In this document: positions 46,301 through 55,782 of the stretch, in pieces | How the letters are laid out: every line of letters begins with the position of its first letter | Position numbering within the stretch: position 1 is the stretch's first letter | Source: Acidobacteriota bacterium | Lineage (GTDB): Bacteria; Acidobacteriota; UBA890; WLXD01 | Direction of reading: 5' to 3' | Length of the DNA: 64,000 nucleotides | Assembly: GCA_965248845.1 (NCBI GenBank) | Contig: CBDFKO010000002.1 | Location: forward strand, 2,012,564 to 2,076,563 | The notes under the pieces: model-generated | The model's input: only the letters and a program-made list of their open reading frames with translations | Told to the model about the DNA's origin: nothing | The model's database searches: none | Made by a program: the position numbers and the translations under genes

Positions 46301-46860
46301 CAGGCGGCCTCCACCCAATAGGCGTGGCCGGCGACGTGGCGTCGTTGGATGCGGCCGTGTGCGATTTCCGTGCGAACGCCGGCCAGCCGGCGGGACACCT
46401 GCATCCGCCGCTCGAACAGGACGATCCCGTCGATCGCCGCCTCTGCCCAGACACCCGCGCCCGGCCGCGTCGCAGGCGGCAGGTGCACGAAATGCGGCTC
46501 GACCGGGTGGTCGTTCCAGCTCCGGGGTGCGGCGTCCCAGCGACGGTACAGCTCCCGGGTTATCGGCTGGGTGTCGGCCAGGACGATCAGGACGTCGACG
46601 TCCGAATCGGGCCCCTGCTCGGCGCGGGCCCATGACCCGAAAGCCACGACGCCGAGCAGAGCTTTGCCGGCGATCTCGGCCGCGGCCTGCACGGATACCA
46701 AGGCGCCGATCTCGCCGGGAGGTGGCCCCGGCGCGGCCAGCTTGCGAGCGCAGTACTCGTTCAACGACAGACCTGCCGCGTCAGCCGCGCCACGCAGGCT
46801 GGCATGCAACCCTGACTCGATGCGCAGCAGGAACCGGCCGGAGAATCGCTGATCGCCCAT
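46300..46860 (-). CDS. Ribbon-helix-helix (HicB-like) DNA-binding domain fused to a minimal nucleotidyltransferase (MNT) domain; antitoxin-like
   Basis: N-terminus FSGRFLLRIESGLHASLRGAADAAGLSLNEYCARKL has a HicB/RHH antitoxin-like motif. NTase motif VVAFGSWARAEQGPDSDVDVLIVL (GS...DxD). Confidence 0.7.
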   Translation of the reverse strand: MGDQRFSGRFLLRIESGLHASLRGAADAAGLSLNEYCARKLAAPGPPPGEIGALVSVQAAAEIAGKALLGVVAFGSWARAEQGPDSDVDVLIVLADTQPITRELYRRWDAAPRSWNDHPVEPHFVHLPPATRPGAGVWAEAAIDGIVLFERRMQVSRRLAGVRTEIAHGRIQRRHVAGHAYWVEAA

Positions 46861-46925
46861 GCCACTGATGATATCATAGATATTGAATAGATGATACTAT
46901 ATCGTGGTCGTGGTGATATAATCTG
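46861..46925. promoter_or_regulatory. AT-rich divergent promoter/operator island with a perfect 10-bp palindrome ATGATATCAT (46868..46877) and TATAAT (46917..46922)
   Basis: Sequence gatgatatcatagatattgaatagatgatactatatcgtggtcgtggtgatataatctg is ~30% GC in a ~70% GC genome. The palindrome sits 8 bp upstream of the RHH-MNT start. TATAAT lies ~104 nt upstream of the icmF ATG on the plus strand. Confidence 0.45.
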
Positions 46926-47025
46926 TTTCGGGCTACGGGGCGGGACCGTCCGTGACCGCATGGGTTGCGCGGAGGCGCAAGGGCTCGGCGCACGTCTGGT
47001 CTAGAATCGACCCGAGGAGCCAGGA

Positions 47026-50000
47026 ATGACCGAACGCCTCGAGCCCTACAAGCCGAAGCACCACGTCCGCATCGTCACCGCGGCGTCGCTGTTCGACGGT
47101 CACGACGCCGCTATCAACGTCATGCGGCGCATCCTGCAGTCTTCGGGCGCCGAGGTGATTCACCTGGGGCACAATCGCTCGGTGTCGGAGATCGTCGACT
47201 GCGCTATCCAAGAGGATGCCCAGGCGATCGCGGTCACCTCGTATCAGGGCGGCCACGTCGAGTACTTCAAGTACATGATCGACCTGCTGCGCGAGCGGGG
47301 GGCGCCGCACATCAAAGTTTTCGGCGGCGGTGGCGGCACGATCCTGCCGAGCGAGATCGAGGTGCTGCACGAGTACGGCGTGTCGCGCATCTACTCGCCC
47401 GACGACGGTCGCCACATGGGGCTAGAGGGCATGATCAACGACCTGTTGGCGCAGAGCGATTTCGCCACCATCGAGCCCTCGCTCAACGGCAACCTCTCCG
47501 GGCTGGCCGAACGGCGGCCCCTGGCCATCGCGCAACTCATCTCGCTGGCCGAGAACTACCCCGATGTGGCGGCGGCCGAGCTGGCCCCCGCGTTGCAGGC
47601 GATGGGCAAGGAGCGCGCCTTTCCCCCAGTGCTCGGCGTCACCGGGCCGGGCGGGGCGGGGAAGAGCTCGCTGGTCGATGAGCTGGCTCGACGCTTCCTG
47701 ATCGAGACCCAGGACACGACGGTGGCGGTGATCTCGGTCGATCCCTCCAAACGGCGGACCGGGGGCGCGTTGCTCGGCGACCGCATCCGCATGAACTCGA
47801 TCGACGATTCGCGCGTCTACATGCGTTCACTGGCCACCCGGCAGTCAAATCTGGCGCTCTCCAAGCACGTGACGCAGGCGCTGGAGATCTGCAAGGCGGC
47901 GGCCTTCGACCTGATTGTCGTCGAGACCTCGGGCATCGGGCAGTCGGATACCGAGATCGTCGACCACTGCGACGTGGCGCTCTACGTGATGACCGCCGAG
48001 TACGGCGCCGCGACGCAGCTCGAGAAGATCGACATGCTCGACTTCGCCGATGTGATCGTGGTCAACAAGTTCGACAAGCGCGGTTCACTCGATGCCCTGC
48101 GCGATGTGCGCAAGCAGTACCAGCGCAACCATCGGCTGTTCGAGGCCGCCGACGAGGAGCTGCCCGTGTACGGCACCATCGCCTCGCAGTTCAACGATCC
48201 GGGCACCAACCGGTTGTACGGGGTGCTGATCGAGGCGCTGGCCGACAAGACGGGCGTCGACCTGCGCTCCGAGCTCGAGCTGCCTGCGGGCTCGAGCGAG
48301 AAGCTGCACGTGATCCCGCCCGAGCGGGTGCGCTACCTGGCCGAGATCGTCGAGGGCAGCGAGCGGTACCAGAGCTGGGTCGAGCAGCAGGTCGGGATCG
48401 CTCGACGCATGTACCAGCTTCACGGCACTATCGAGCTGCTACGCGCCGACGGGAGCAAACGCAGCGTCGAGGTGCAGGAGTCCGAGAACGCGGGCGTCGT
48501 CACGGTCCTCGCGCACAGCGAGGGCGAGGCCGACTCGCTGCGCGACCTGATCGATCGCTACAACGGGCTGGAACAGGAGCTCGACCGGGAGTGCCGCGGA
48601 ATGCTGCGCGAGTGGCCGACGACGGTGCGGCTGTACAAGGCCGACGTCTACCAGTATCAGGTGCGCGACCGCGTCATCGAGCGCAGCCTCTATTCCGAGA
48701 CGCTGTCGCACCTGCGGGTGCCCAAGGTGTGCCTGCCACGCTACCGGGATTGGGGCGACGTTCTGTTCTGGCTGCTCACCGACAACGTCCCCGGCGAGTT
48801 CCCATACGCCGCGGGCGTCTTCCCGCTCAAGCGCATCGGCGAGGAGGACCCGACGCGGATGTTCGCCGGCGAGGGCGGCCCGGAGCGCACCAACCGACGC
48901 TTCCACTATCTGTCGCACGGCATGCCGGCCAAGCGTCTCTCAACCGCTTTCGACTCGGTGACGCTGTACGGCGAGGACCCCGACCACCGCCCCGACATCT
49001 ACGGCAAGGTGGGCAACTCTGGCGTTTCGATCGCCACACTCGACGATGCCAAGAAGCTCTATTGTGGCCTCGATCTCGCCGATGCGGGGACCTCGGTATC
49101 GATGACCATCAACGGCCCGGCGCCGATGGTGCTCGCCTTCTTCCTCAACGCCGCCATCGACCAGCAGTGCGAAAAGCACGTGTGCGCCGACGGGCTGGAG
49201 GCGGAGGTAGGAAAGAAGATTGCCGCGATCTACGCCGACAAAGAGCTGCCGTGCCCCAGCTACCAGGGTGAGCTTCCCGAGGGCAACGATGGCCTCGGCC
49301 TCATGCTGCTCGGCGTCTCCGGTGACCAGGTGCTCGAGTCCGAGGTCTACGAGCGCATTCGCGCCGATACGCTGAGCCGCGTCCGCGGCACCGTGCAGGC
49401 CGACATTCTCAAGGAAGACCAGGCGCAGAACACCTGCATCTTCTCCACCGAGTTCGCGCTGCGCATGATGGGTGACATCCAGCAGCACTTCATCGACAAC
49501 GGGGTGCGCAACTTCTACTCGGTGTCGATCTCCGGCTACCACATCGCCGAGGCCGGGGCGAACCCGATCACCCAGTTGGCGCTGACGCTGGCAAACGGCT
49601 TCACCTACGTCGAGTACTACCTGTCGCGGGGCATGCACATCGACGAGTTCGCCCCCAACCTGTCGTTCTTCTTCTCCAACGGCATGGACCCGGAGTACTC
49701 GGTCATGGGTCGGGTGGCGCGTCGCATCTGGGCCAAAGCGATCAAGAACCAATACGGCGGCAACGAGCGCAGCCAGAAGCTCAAGTACCACATCCAGACC
49801 TCGGGCCGCTCGCTGCACGCCCAGGAGATCGCCTTCAACGACATCCGCACCACGCTGCAGGCGCTTTACGCCATCTACGACAACTGCAACTCGTTGCACA
49901 CCAATGCCTACGACGAGGCCATCACCACCCCCACACAGGAGAGCGTGCGGCGCGCCCTGGCGATCCAGCTCATCATCAACAAGGAGCTCGGACTGGCCAA

Positions 50001-50484
50001 GAACGAAAACCCCCTGCAGGGCTCCTTCATCATCGACGAGCTCACCGAGCTAGTGGAGCAGGCGGTGCTCACGGAATTCCGCAGCATCTCGGAGCGCGGC
50101 GGCGTGCTCGGGGCGATGGAGCGTATGTACCAGCGCTCCAAGATCCAGGAGGAGTCCCTGTACTACGAGTCGCGCAAGCATTCCGGCGAGCTGCCGGTGG
50201 TGGGAGTGAACACGTTCCTGGACCTGCAAGGCTCACCGACCCCGGTGCCCGACGAGGTGATCCGCTCCGCGCCCGAGGAGAAGGAGTATGCGATTGCCTC
50301 GGTGCAGGCCTTCCAGGAGCGTAACCGCGGCGCCGCCGACGGTGCGCTGCGCCACCTGCAGCGCACCGCGGTGGGCAACGAGAACACCTTTGCCTCGCTC
50401 ATGGAGGCCGCCAAGGTCTGCTCGCTGGGGCAGCTGTCGCACGCGCTGTACCAGGTCGGCGGGCAGTACCGGCGCAACATGTAG
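47026..50484 (+). CDS. icmF: Fused isobutyryl-CoA mutase (IcmF): B12-binding domain, MeaB-like GTPase and mutase catalytic domain
   Basis: B12 motif [10 protein letters not shown]-domain [25 protein letters not shown]-terminal methylmalonyl-CoA-mutase-like TIM barrel. 1152 aa; GAGGAG SD upstream. Confidence 0.9.
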   Translation: MTERLEPYKPKHHVRIVTAASLFDGHDAAINVMRRILQSSGAEVIHLGHNRSVSEIVDCAIQEDAQAIAVTSYQGGHVEYFKYMIDLLRERGAPHIKVFGGGGGTILPSEIEVLHEYGVSRIYSPDDGRHMGLEGMINDLLAQSDFATIEPSLNGNLSGLAERRPLAIAQLISLAENYPDVAAAELAPALQAMGKERAFPPVLGVTGPGGAGKSSLVDELARRFLIETQDTTVAVISVDPSKRRTGGALLGDRIRMNSIDDSRVYMRSLATRQSNLALSKHVTQALEICKAAAFDLIVVETSGIGQSDTEIVDHCDVALYVMTAEYGAATQLEKIDMLDFADVIVVNKFDKRGSLDALRDVRKQYQRNHRLFEAADEELPVYGTIASQFNDPGTNRLYGVLIEALADKTGVDLRSELELPAGSSEKLHVIPPERVRYLAEIVEGSERYQSWVEQQVGIARRMYQLHGTIELLRADGSKRSVEVQESENAGVVTVLAHSEGEADSLRDLIDRYNGLEQELDRECRGMLREWPTTVRLYKADVYQYQVRDRVIERSLYSETLSHLRVPKVCLPRYRDWGDVLFWLLTDNVPGEFPYAAGVFPLKRIGEEDPTRMFAGEGGPERTNRRFHYLSHGMPAKRLSTAFDSVTLYGEDPDHRPDIYGKVGNSGVSIATLDDAKKLYCGLDLADAGTSVSMTINGPAPMVLAFFLNAAIDQQCEKHVCADGLEAEVGKKIAAIYADKELPCPSYQGELPEGNDGLGLMLLGVSGDQVLESEVYERIRADTLSRVRGTVQADILKEDQAQNTCIFSTEFALRMMGDIQQHFIDNGVRNFYSVSISGYHIAEAGANPITQLALTLANGFTYVEYYLSRGMHIDEFAPNLSFFFSNGMDPEYSVMGRVARRIWAKAIKNQYGGNERSQKLKYHIQTSGRSLHAQEIAFNDIRTTLQALYAIYDNCNSLHTNAYDEAITTPTQESVRRALAIQLIINKELGLAKNENPLQGSFIIDELTELVEQAVLTEFRSISERGGVLGAMERMYQRSKIQEESLYYESRKHSGELPVVGVNTFLDLQGSPTPVPDEVIRSAPEEKEYAIASVQAFQERNRGAADGALRHLQRTAVGNENTFASLMEAAKVCSLGQLSHALYQVGGQYRRNM

Positions 50485-50523
50485 CGCGGGTTGCCCACGC
50501 GACGAGCATATTCGGCGGCTGGA

Positions 50524-50557
50524 TCGGTTGGATTCCTAACGCTATGATATTGGAATC
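50524..50557. promoter_or_regulatory. Putative vapBC promoter/operator (inverted repeat GGATTCC...GGAATC flanking TATGATAT)
   Basis: Sequence tcggttggattcctaacgctatgatattggaatc lies immediately upstream of the vapB ATG. Inverted half-sites are typical of TA autoregulation. By-eye call only. Confidence 0.3.
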
Positions 50558-50761
50558 ATGAAAACGACGATTGATATTCCGGATGATGAGCTCGAGAGCG
50601 TCCTGAAGTTCACGGGCGCGCGTACCAAGCGCGAGGCGGTGGTCACCGCCATCGCCGAGTTCAACCGGCGTCGCCGTCTGGCCCGGCTGGCGGAGCGACT
50701 CGGTAAGTTCGAGCATTTTCTGAGTCGCGAGGAGCTGGGTCGGCTGCGAACGGAGGGCTGA
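50558..50761 (+). CDS. vapB: Type II antitoxin (VapB-like, DUF2191 family)
   Basis: 67-aa ORF MKTTIDIPDDELESVLKFTGARTKREAVVTAIAEF, 6 nt upstream of a PIN-domain gene. Confidence 0.75.
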   Translation: MKTTIDIPDDELESVLKFTGARTKREAVVTAIAEFNRRRRLARLAERLGKFEHFLSREELGRLRTEG

Positions 50762-50767
50762 GCGACG

Positions 50768-51160
50768 ATGCCGGCTGGCGTTCTGGTCGACACGTCGGCC
50801 TGGGTCGAAGCGCTGCGGCGTGACGGAGATCCCGACGTTCGAGCCGCCGTGAAGACTGCGCTCCTGGAGGGCCGGGCGTACCTCTGCGACATAGTGCGGC
50901 TGGAGCTCTGGGTCGGAGCTCGAGGCAAGGACGAGCAGCGCATGCTCCGCGACTTGGAGCAGGAGCTGGCGACGGCGTCCACCGGCACCTCGGTCTGGTC
51001 CGCGGCGGCGCAGATGGCGCGCTCCTGCCGCAGGCGGGGAATTACGGTCCCGGCGACGGATCTACTGATCGCTGCGTGCGCCGACCAGAACGACCTTGGC
51101 CTCCTGCATCACGACACGCATTTCGACCAGATCGCCGACGCCTTGCGGCGCGCCCGCTAG
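50768..51160 (+). CDS. vapC: PIN-domain ribonuclease toxin (VapC)
   Basis: VLVDTSAW (first acidic residue), ELWVGAR and LLHHDTHFD motifs of VapC. 130 aa. Confidence 0.85.
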   Translation: MPAGVLVDTSAWVEALRRDGDPDVRAAVKTALLEGRAYLCDIVRLELWVGARGKDEQRMLRDLEQELATASTGTSVWSAAAQMARSCRRRGITVPATDLLIAACADQNDLGLLHHDTHFDQIADALRRAR

Positions 51161-51369
51161 GAGGCCGTGGTGAAAGTGTGATGGGTCTGGTTACGCCGCC
51201 AACGCCGCAGATGCGCCCGTGGCGGCGTAACCCTCTGGGCAAGTAGGGGTTACGGGCGATGGCCGTGTCGCACCTCCTCAACGATGTTCCTGCATCGCCT
51301 CGTCGGTGCTCCTTGCCCTCGCCCGTAAGACCTACTTGCCAGACCCACCACACTTTCACCACGGTCTCC
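51160..51369. repeat. MITE-like element copy 2 (210 bp), same 30-bp terminal inverted repeats as copy 1 plus a nested 42-bp hairpin insertion
   Basis: Begins GGAGGCCGTGGTGAAAGTGTGATGGGTCTG directly at the vapC TAG (ctag|gagg). Ends CAGACCCACCACACTTTCACCACGGTCTCC. Relative to copy 1 it carries GTTACGCCGCC-n20-GGCGGCGTAAC (an 11-bp perfect stem). Its right end abuts the IS5-family element. Confidence 0.8.
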
Positions 51370-51626
51370 TAGCAGGCTGCTGAAAAACTCCCCTTGTTCG
51401 AGTAGATTCTGAACCACGCAGCCCGCGGCAAAAACCGAAGCATCAACGAGGTGAGCAGATGCGTGGTGAGGACGCGGGACAGGTGGCCGCCTTTAGTTAC
51501 GTATCTCCGGAGCAGCGAGTACCGAAAGAGCATCCGCTGCGGCCGCTGCTGAGGATCGTAGAGGTGGACCCCGAAATTCGGACAGGTTGCTAAGGTGGGA
51601 TCCAGACCAAGAAGAAGGAGTCTGGA

Positions 51627-51911
51627 ATGCCACGGAAGAGACGGAGTTATCCTGCTGAGCTGAAGGCGAAGGTCGCTTTGGAGGCGCTTCGCGAGGAAGC
51701 GACGATGGCGGAGCTGGCAGCCCGCTACGATGTGCATCCGAATCTGATCGCCAACTGGAAGAAGAAGGCTCGGCAGAAGGTGCTGGCTGGCTTCTCGGGG
51801 AAACAGGAGCGCAACGAGGTCTCTCGGGAGGCCGAGATCAAGGAGCTGCGGGCGAAGATCGGGGAGCTCGTCATCGAGCGGGATTTCTTGTCCAAGGCCT
51901 TCGGTCGTTGA
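51627..51911 (+). CDS. IS3-family transposase OrfA (HTH)
   Basis: MPRKRRSYPAELKAKVALEALREEATMAELAARYDVHPNLIANWKKKARQ is the typical IS3 OrfA helix-turn-helix/leucine-zipper. Confidence 0.85.
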   Translation: MPRKRRSYPAELKAKVALEALREEATMAELAARYDVHPNLIANWKKKARQKVLAGFSGKQERNEVSREAEIKELRAKIGELVIERDFLSKAFGR

Positions 51912-52798
51912 GCCACGGCCGGAGGGTGGCGATGGTCGATCCGGAGCACGGCCCCCTGAGCATCACGCGGCAGTGCCGCCTGGTGTCGATCGCGAGGTCT
52001 TCGTTCTATTACGAGGGCCACGGCGAGAGTCCGCTGAACCTGCGCCTGATGCGGCTGATCGACGAGCAGTTTCTTCAGACGCCGTTTTACGGCTCACGTC
52101 AGATGCGACGATGGCTGCGCCGTCAGGGCTACACGGTCTCTCGCAAGCGGGTGCGCCGCCTGATGCGGCTGCTCGGGTTGCAGGCGATCTTGCAGCGGTC
52201 CAGGACGTCTCAGCCGCACCCGGAGCACCGGATCTACCCCTACCTGCTGCGTGATCTGGAGATCACGCGACCCAACCACGTTTGGTGCGCGGATGTGACC
52301 TACATCCCGCTGCAGCGGGGCTTTCTGTACCTGGTTGCGGTGATGGACTGGGCGAGCCGCAAGGTGCTGTCCTGGCGTCTGTCCAACACGCTCGATACGA
52401 GCTTCTGCGGCGAGGCCTTGCAAGAGGCGCTCGAGCGCTACGGTCCTCCCGAGATCTTCAACACGGATCAGGGTAGCCAATTCACCAGCGTCGACTTCAC
52501 CGACGCGCTCAAGGAGGCCGGCATTCGGATCTCGATGGACGGCAAGGGCCGCTGGATGGACAACGTCTTCATCGAGCGACTGTGGCGATCGCTCAAGTAC
52601 GAGCAGGTCTATCTGTCAGAGTACGCGACTGGCTCCGAGGCTCGGGCCGGGATCGGCTGGTGGATGGACTTCTACAACGAGTGCCGACCGCACTCGTCGC
52701 TCCAGGACCGGACGCCCGAGGAGGCGTACATTGACGACGGGGCTGAAGACAGGAGCCCGGGGCTTCGCCCCGTGTCTCGCAAGCCCAAGGCAGCCTGA
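51908..52798 (+). CDS. IS3-family transposase OrfB (DDE integrase core; normally expressed by -1 frameshift from orfA)
   Basis: Overlaps orfA by 4 nt in the -1 frame. DDE motifs WCADVTYIP, DQGSQFTS and ERLWRSLKYE. Confidence 0.85.
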   Translation: MSHGRRVAMVDPEHGPLSITRQCRLVSIARSSFYYEGHGESPLNLRLMRLIDEQFLQTPFYGSRQMRRWLRRQGYTVSRKRVRRLMRLLGLQAILQRSRTSQPHPEHRIYPYLLRDLEITRPNHVWCADVTYIPLQRGFLYLVAVMDWASRKVLSWRLSNTLDTSFCGEALQEALERYGPPEIFNTDQGSQFTSVDFTDALKEAGIRISMDGKGRWMDNVFIERLWRSLKYEQVYLSEYATGSEARAGIGWWMDFYNECRPHSSLQDRTPEEAYIDDGAEDRSPGLRPVSRKPKAA

Positions 52799-54032
52799 AT
52801 CATGAACCCGGATTCCACCTTAGCTGCGACGCAAACCTGTCCAAAGGATGGGGTCCACCTCTCGTCAACGACGTGCTGGGGCGGATGTCGCCGCTGTTCG
52901 AGGAGCTGTACTCGCACACGGGGCGACCGTCGATCCCGCCGGAGAAACTGCTGCGGGCGCTGCTGCTGCAGGTGCTGTACACGATTCGCTCCGAGCGCAT
53001 GCTGATGGAGCAGCTCGACTACAACCTGCTGTTCCGGTGGTTTGTGGGCCTGAACATGGACGATCTGGTGTGGGATGCGACGGTGTTCACGAAGAACCGG
53101 GATCGAGTGTTGGGAGGCGAGGTCGCCGAGGTGTTCTTCCAGGAAGTGCTGGCGGAGGCACGGCGCCGCAGCCTGCTATCGGATGAGCACTTCACGGTGG
53201 ACGGCACGCTGATCGAGGCGTGGGCCTCACACAAGAGCTTCAAGCCGAAGGATCAGAGCGACTCCGATGAGGGAGGCAGCAACCCGAGCGTCGATTTTCG
53301 CAAACAACGGCGCACAAACGATACTCACGCCTCCAGGACCGATCCGGACGCACGCCTGTACAAGAAAAGTAGGGGAGCCGAGTCGAAGCTCTGCTACATG
53401 GGGCACCTGATGATCGACAACCGCCACGGGTTAGCAACCAAGGCATGCGTAACGATCGCTTCCGGGACAGCGGAACGAGAGGCGGCGGTGCAAATGGCGG
53501 ACAAGATTTCCGGTAACCGCAGGGTGACCTTGGCGGCCGACAAGGGCTACGACACACGCGAGTGCGTCCGTAAGCTTCGAGATCGGAACATCACCCCGCA
53601 CGTCGCACAGAACGACACCAATCGGCGCAGCGCCATCGACCGGCGCACAACCCGCCACCCCGGCTACCAGGTCAGTCAAAGGAAACGCAAGCTCGTCGAG
53701 CAGATGTTCGGATGGGCCAAGACGGTCGGGCTGATGCGCAAGACGCGGCACCGAGGCACCGAACGCGTCGATTGGATGTTCACCTTCACCGCCGCTGCCT
53801 TCAACCTGGTCAGAATGCGCAACCTCCAGGGGGCGACGTGACGATATCGGGACTAACCGCCCAAGAAATACCGGCGCGGCCGGCAACCAGAGCCTCGCAC
53901 TCGCACACGGCGGCCGGGCAACTCACCTTGATCGAGACGATCCAGCCCAAAATGGCGCGCTCGAGCCGTTTTTCAGCAGCCTGCTAGGAGGCCGAGGAGC
54001 TCGCCACCGACACAACGAAGATCTGGTTATAC

Positions 54033-54042
54033 AGTACGTACT
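54033..54042. promoter_or_regulatory. Perfect 10-bp palindrome AGTACGTACT upstream of the Rieske/cytochrome b operon (candidate operator)
   Basis: Lies in the 120-bp interval between the IS5 right end (53983) and the Rieske ATG (54107), within a locally AT-richer stretch (ggttatacagtacgtactcg). Function inferred only from position and symmetry. Confidence 0.25.
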
Positions 54043-54106
54043 CGTTCTGAGGTGGAGTCCGCAGGCGGCGCGCAGCAGGTTCCGACTTCGCCCGGGGAGA
54101 CAGGGG

Positions 54107-54592
54107 ATGTCAGAAGCCGATGGCAAGACGGAGGCGAAGGCTCCCGAGCCCGAGCGCCGCGAGTTCCTGACCCAGGCATCGCGGGTCGCAATGGGTGCCG
54201 GACTGATCGCCGGCTACGGTGCGTTTGGAGCCATCGCCACGCGGTACCTGTACCCGGCCCGCCCCGAAACGGGCACGTGGCAGTTCCTCATGGAGCTGGG
54301 GCGCATGGCGGTCGGGCAGTCGTTGCTCTATCGAGCACCCGCGGGCGAGACGATCAGCGTCATGCGGCAAGCTGCTAACGGTGACGCCGACGACTTCGTC
54401 GCGCTCTCGAGCACCTGTCCCCACTTGGGCTGCCAGGTGCACTGGGAGCAGCAGAACGACCGCTTCTTCTGCCCCTGCCACAACGGAGTGTTCGACCCGA
54501 GTGGCGTCGGCATCTCCGGCCCGCCCGGTGACGCCGGGCTCTCCTTGCCGCGGTACCCGGTGCGGGTCGAGGGTGGCCTCGTCTACATCTAG
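54107..54592 (+). CDS. Rieske [2Fe-2S] iron-sulfur protein of a cytochrome bc-type complex (Tat-like signal anchor)
   Basis: RREFLTQASRVAMGAGLIAG (Tat-type RR and TM anchor). Rieske boxes CPHLGC and CPCHNGVFD. Confidence 0.85.
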   Translation: MSEADGKTEAKAPEPERREFLTQASRVAMGAGLIAGYGAFGAIATRYLYPARPETGTWQFLMELGRMAVGQSLLYRAPAGETISVMRQAANGDADDFVALSSTCPHLGCQVHWEQQNDRFFCPCHNGVFDPSGVGISGPPGDAGLSLPRYPVRVEGGLVYI

Positions 54593-54651
54593 GTATCGAC
54601 GATGCGGCTGGTCGACGGCGATGAGCCGGGCGAGATGATCGAGATCGACGA

Positions 54652-55770
54652 GTGCCGCAGCGCTCCCGGCCACGACCCCTGTCTGGCGCAGCCACGCCGC
54701 AAGCGAGACCGCGCGTGAACGCACTGCGTGCCTGGGTCGCAGACCGCATCCCGATCAATATGCGCGTCATCCGGGAGCTCTCGAACGAGCCGGTGCCCTA
54801 CCACATGAAGCATTGGTGGTTCGCGCTGGGTGGCACCCCAGCCTACCTGTTCGTGGTGCAGATAGTCACCGGGATCCTGCTGGCCTTCTACTACGAGGCC
54901 TCCGCGGCTACCGCTTACGAGTCGGTGCGCTACATCACCGAGGAGGCCGCCTTCGGCTGGTTCATCCGCGGCGTCCATAAGTGGGCCGCGACCCTGATGA
55001 TCGCCGCCGTCGTGCTGCACCAGATGCGGGTCTACTTCACCGGGGCCTATCGCAAGCCGCGCGAGATCAACTGGATCGTCGGCATGTGCCTGCTGCTCAC
55101 GACGCTGGGTCTCGGCTTCACCGGCTACAGCCTGGTGTTCGAGCAGCTGAGCTTCTGGGGTGCCACCGTCGGGGCCAACATCACCGATTCGGTGCCGCTC
55201 GTCGGCCCCTTCCTCAAGAACATGATGCTGGCGGGCGACAGCTACAACCCGCGCACGCTGTCGCGCTTCTTCGTGCTGCACGCCGCGGTGCTCCCGGTCA
55301 CCCTGATCGCCCTGATCGGCATCCACATCGCCATCATCCGCATGCAGGGCGTGACCGAGTTCTGGTTCAAGGGCGAGGAACCGCACAAGATCGGCAAGGG
55401 TAACTTCGACTTCTTCCCGGACCACGTCTACACCGAGCTCATCATGGGGCTGGTGTTGATGATTCTGCTGAGCGCCCTGGCGACAATCTCGCCGGCGATG
55501 ATGGGGCCCGCAGCCGATCCGCTCACCACGCCCGAGGTCATCAAGCCGGAGTGGTTCTTCTATGTCGTCTTTCGCTGGCTGAAGCTGTTTACCGGCACAG
55601 CGGCCATTCTCAGCACTGGCCTGATCGTCTTCGTAATGTTCACCTGGCCGTTCATCGATGCCCAGATCCGCAAGCGCACCCGCTTCCAGGAGGCCAGCGT
55701 CTGGATCGGCGTCGCCGGTGTGATCGCCATCGTCGCCTTGACTCTCTGGGAAGCCATCGTTGCGCACTGA
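54652..55770 (+). CDS. Cytochrome b, b6-like N-terminal domain fused to subunit-IV-like C-terminal domain
   Basis: Strong resemblance to cytochrome b6 (HMKHWWFALGGTPAYLFVVQIVTGILLAFYYE, FGWFIRGVHKWAATLMIAAVVLHQMRVYFTGAYRKPRE, FWGATVG, VLHAAVLPV). PetD-like C-terminus follows (PEWFFYVVFRWLK). Start either GTG 54652 or GTG 54715 (VNALRAWVADR). Confidence 0.85.
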   Translation: MPQRSRPRPLSGAATPQARPRVNALRAWVADRIPINMRVIRELSNEPVPYHMKHWWFALGGTPAYLFVVQIVTGILLAFYYEASAATAYESVRYITEEAAFGWFIRGVHKWAATLMIAAVVLHQMRVYFTGAYRKPREINWIVGMCLLLTTLGLGFTGYSLVFEQLSFWGATVGANITDSVPLVGPFLKNMMLAGDSYNPRTLSRFFVLHAAVLPVTLIALIGIHIAIIRMQGVTEFWFKGEEPHKIGKGNFDFFPDHVYTELIMGLVLMILLSALATISPAMMGPAADPLTTPEVIKPEWFFYVVFRWLKLFTGTAAILSTGLIVFVMFTWPFIDAQIRKRTRFQEASVWIGVAGVIAIVALTLWEAIVAH

Positions 55771-55782
55771 AGCAGGTAAACC

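Larger units (their letters stand above)
51565..52857 (+). mobile_element. IS3-family insertion sequence (~1.29 kb) nested inside the IS5-family transposase gene
   Basis: Imperfect terminal inverted repeats TGGACCCCGAAATTCGGACAGGTTGC (left) and GCAAACCTGTCCAAAGGATGGGGTCCA (right). Contains orfA/orfB. No clean target duplication identified by eye. Confidence 0.7.
51459..53841 (+). pseudogene. IS5/IS1182-family DDE transposase, interrupted after codon ~35 by an IS3-family insertion (N-terminal part 51459..51564, remainder 52858..53841)
   Basis: N-terminal fragment MRGEDAGQVAAFSYVSPEQRVPKEHPLRPLLRIVEVD matches the conserved IS5/IS1182 transposase N-terminus. After the IS3 element it continues LVNDVLGRMSPLFEELYSHTGRPSIPPEKLLRALLLQVLYTIRSERMLMEQLDYNLLFRWFVGL through the DDE domain. 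Confidence 0.75.
51373..53983 (+). mobile_element. IS5-family insertion sequence (16-bp perfect terminal inverted repeat CAGGCTGCTGAAAAAC, CTAG target duplication) carrying a nested IS3-family element
   Basis: Left end CAGGCTGCTGAAAAAC (51373..51388) and right end GTTTTTCAGCAGCCTG (53968..53983) are reverse complements. CTAG is present on both flanks (51369..51372 and 53984..53987). The transposase gene inside is split by the IS3 element. Confidence 0.75.

Noticed and set aside
45860-46321. 153-aa plus-strand ORF overlapping the HEPN gene
   Set aside because: Antisense to the HEPN/MNT pair, which has clear domain motifs and translational coupling.
53984-54010. Possible third, truncated MITE copy after the IS5 right end (shares TAGGAGGCCG with the MITE terminus)
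   Set aside because: Only a 10-nt match that diverges immediately afterwards. Insufficient to call a copy.
54652-54714. N-terminal 21 codons of the cytochrome b ORF (GTG 54652)
   Set aside because: Possibly not translated. A second in-frame GTG at 54715 gives an N-terminus (VNALRAWVADR) that aligns better with cytochrome b6. Left as alternative start, not a separate feature.
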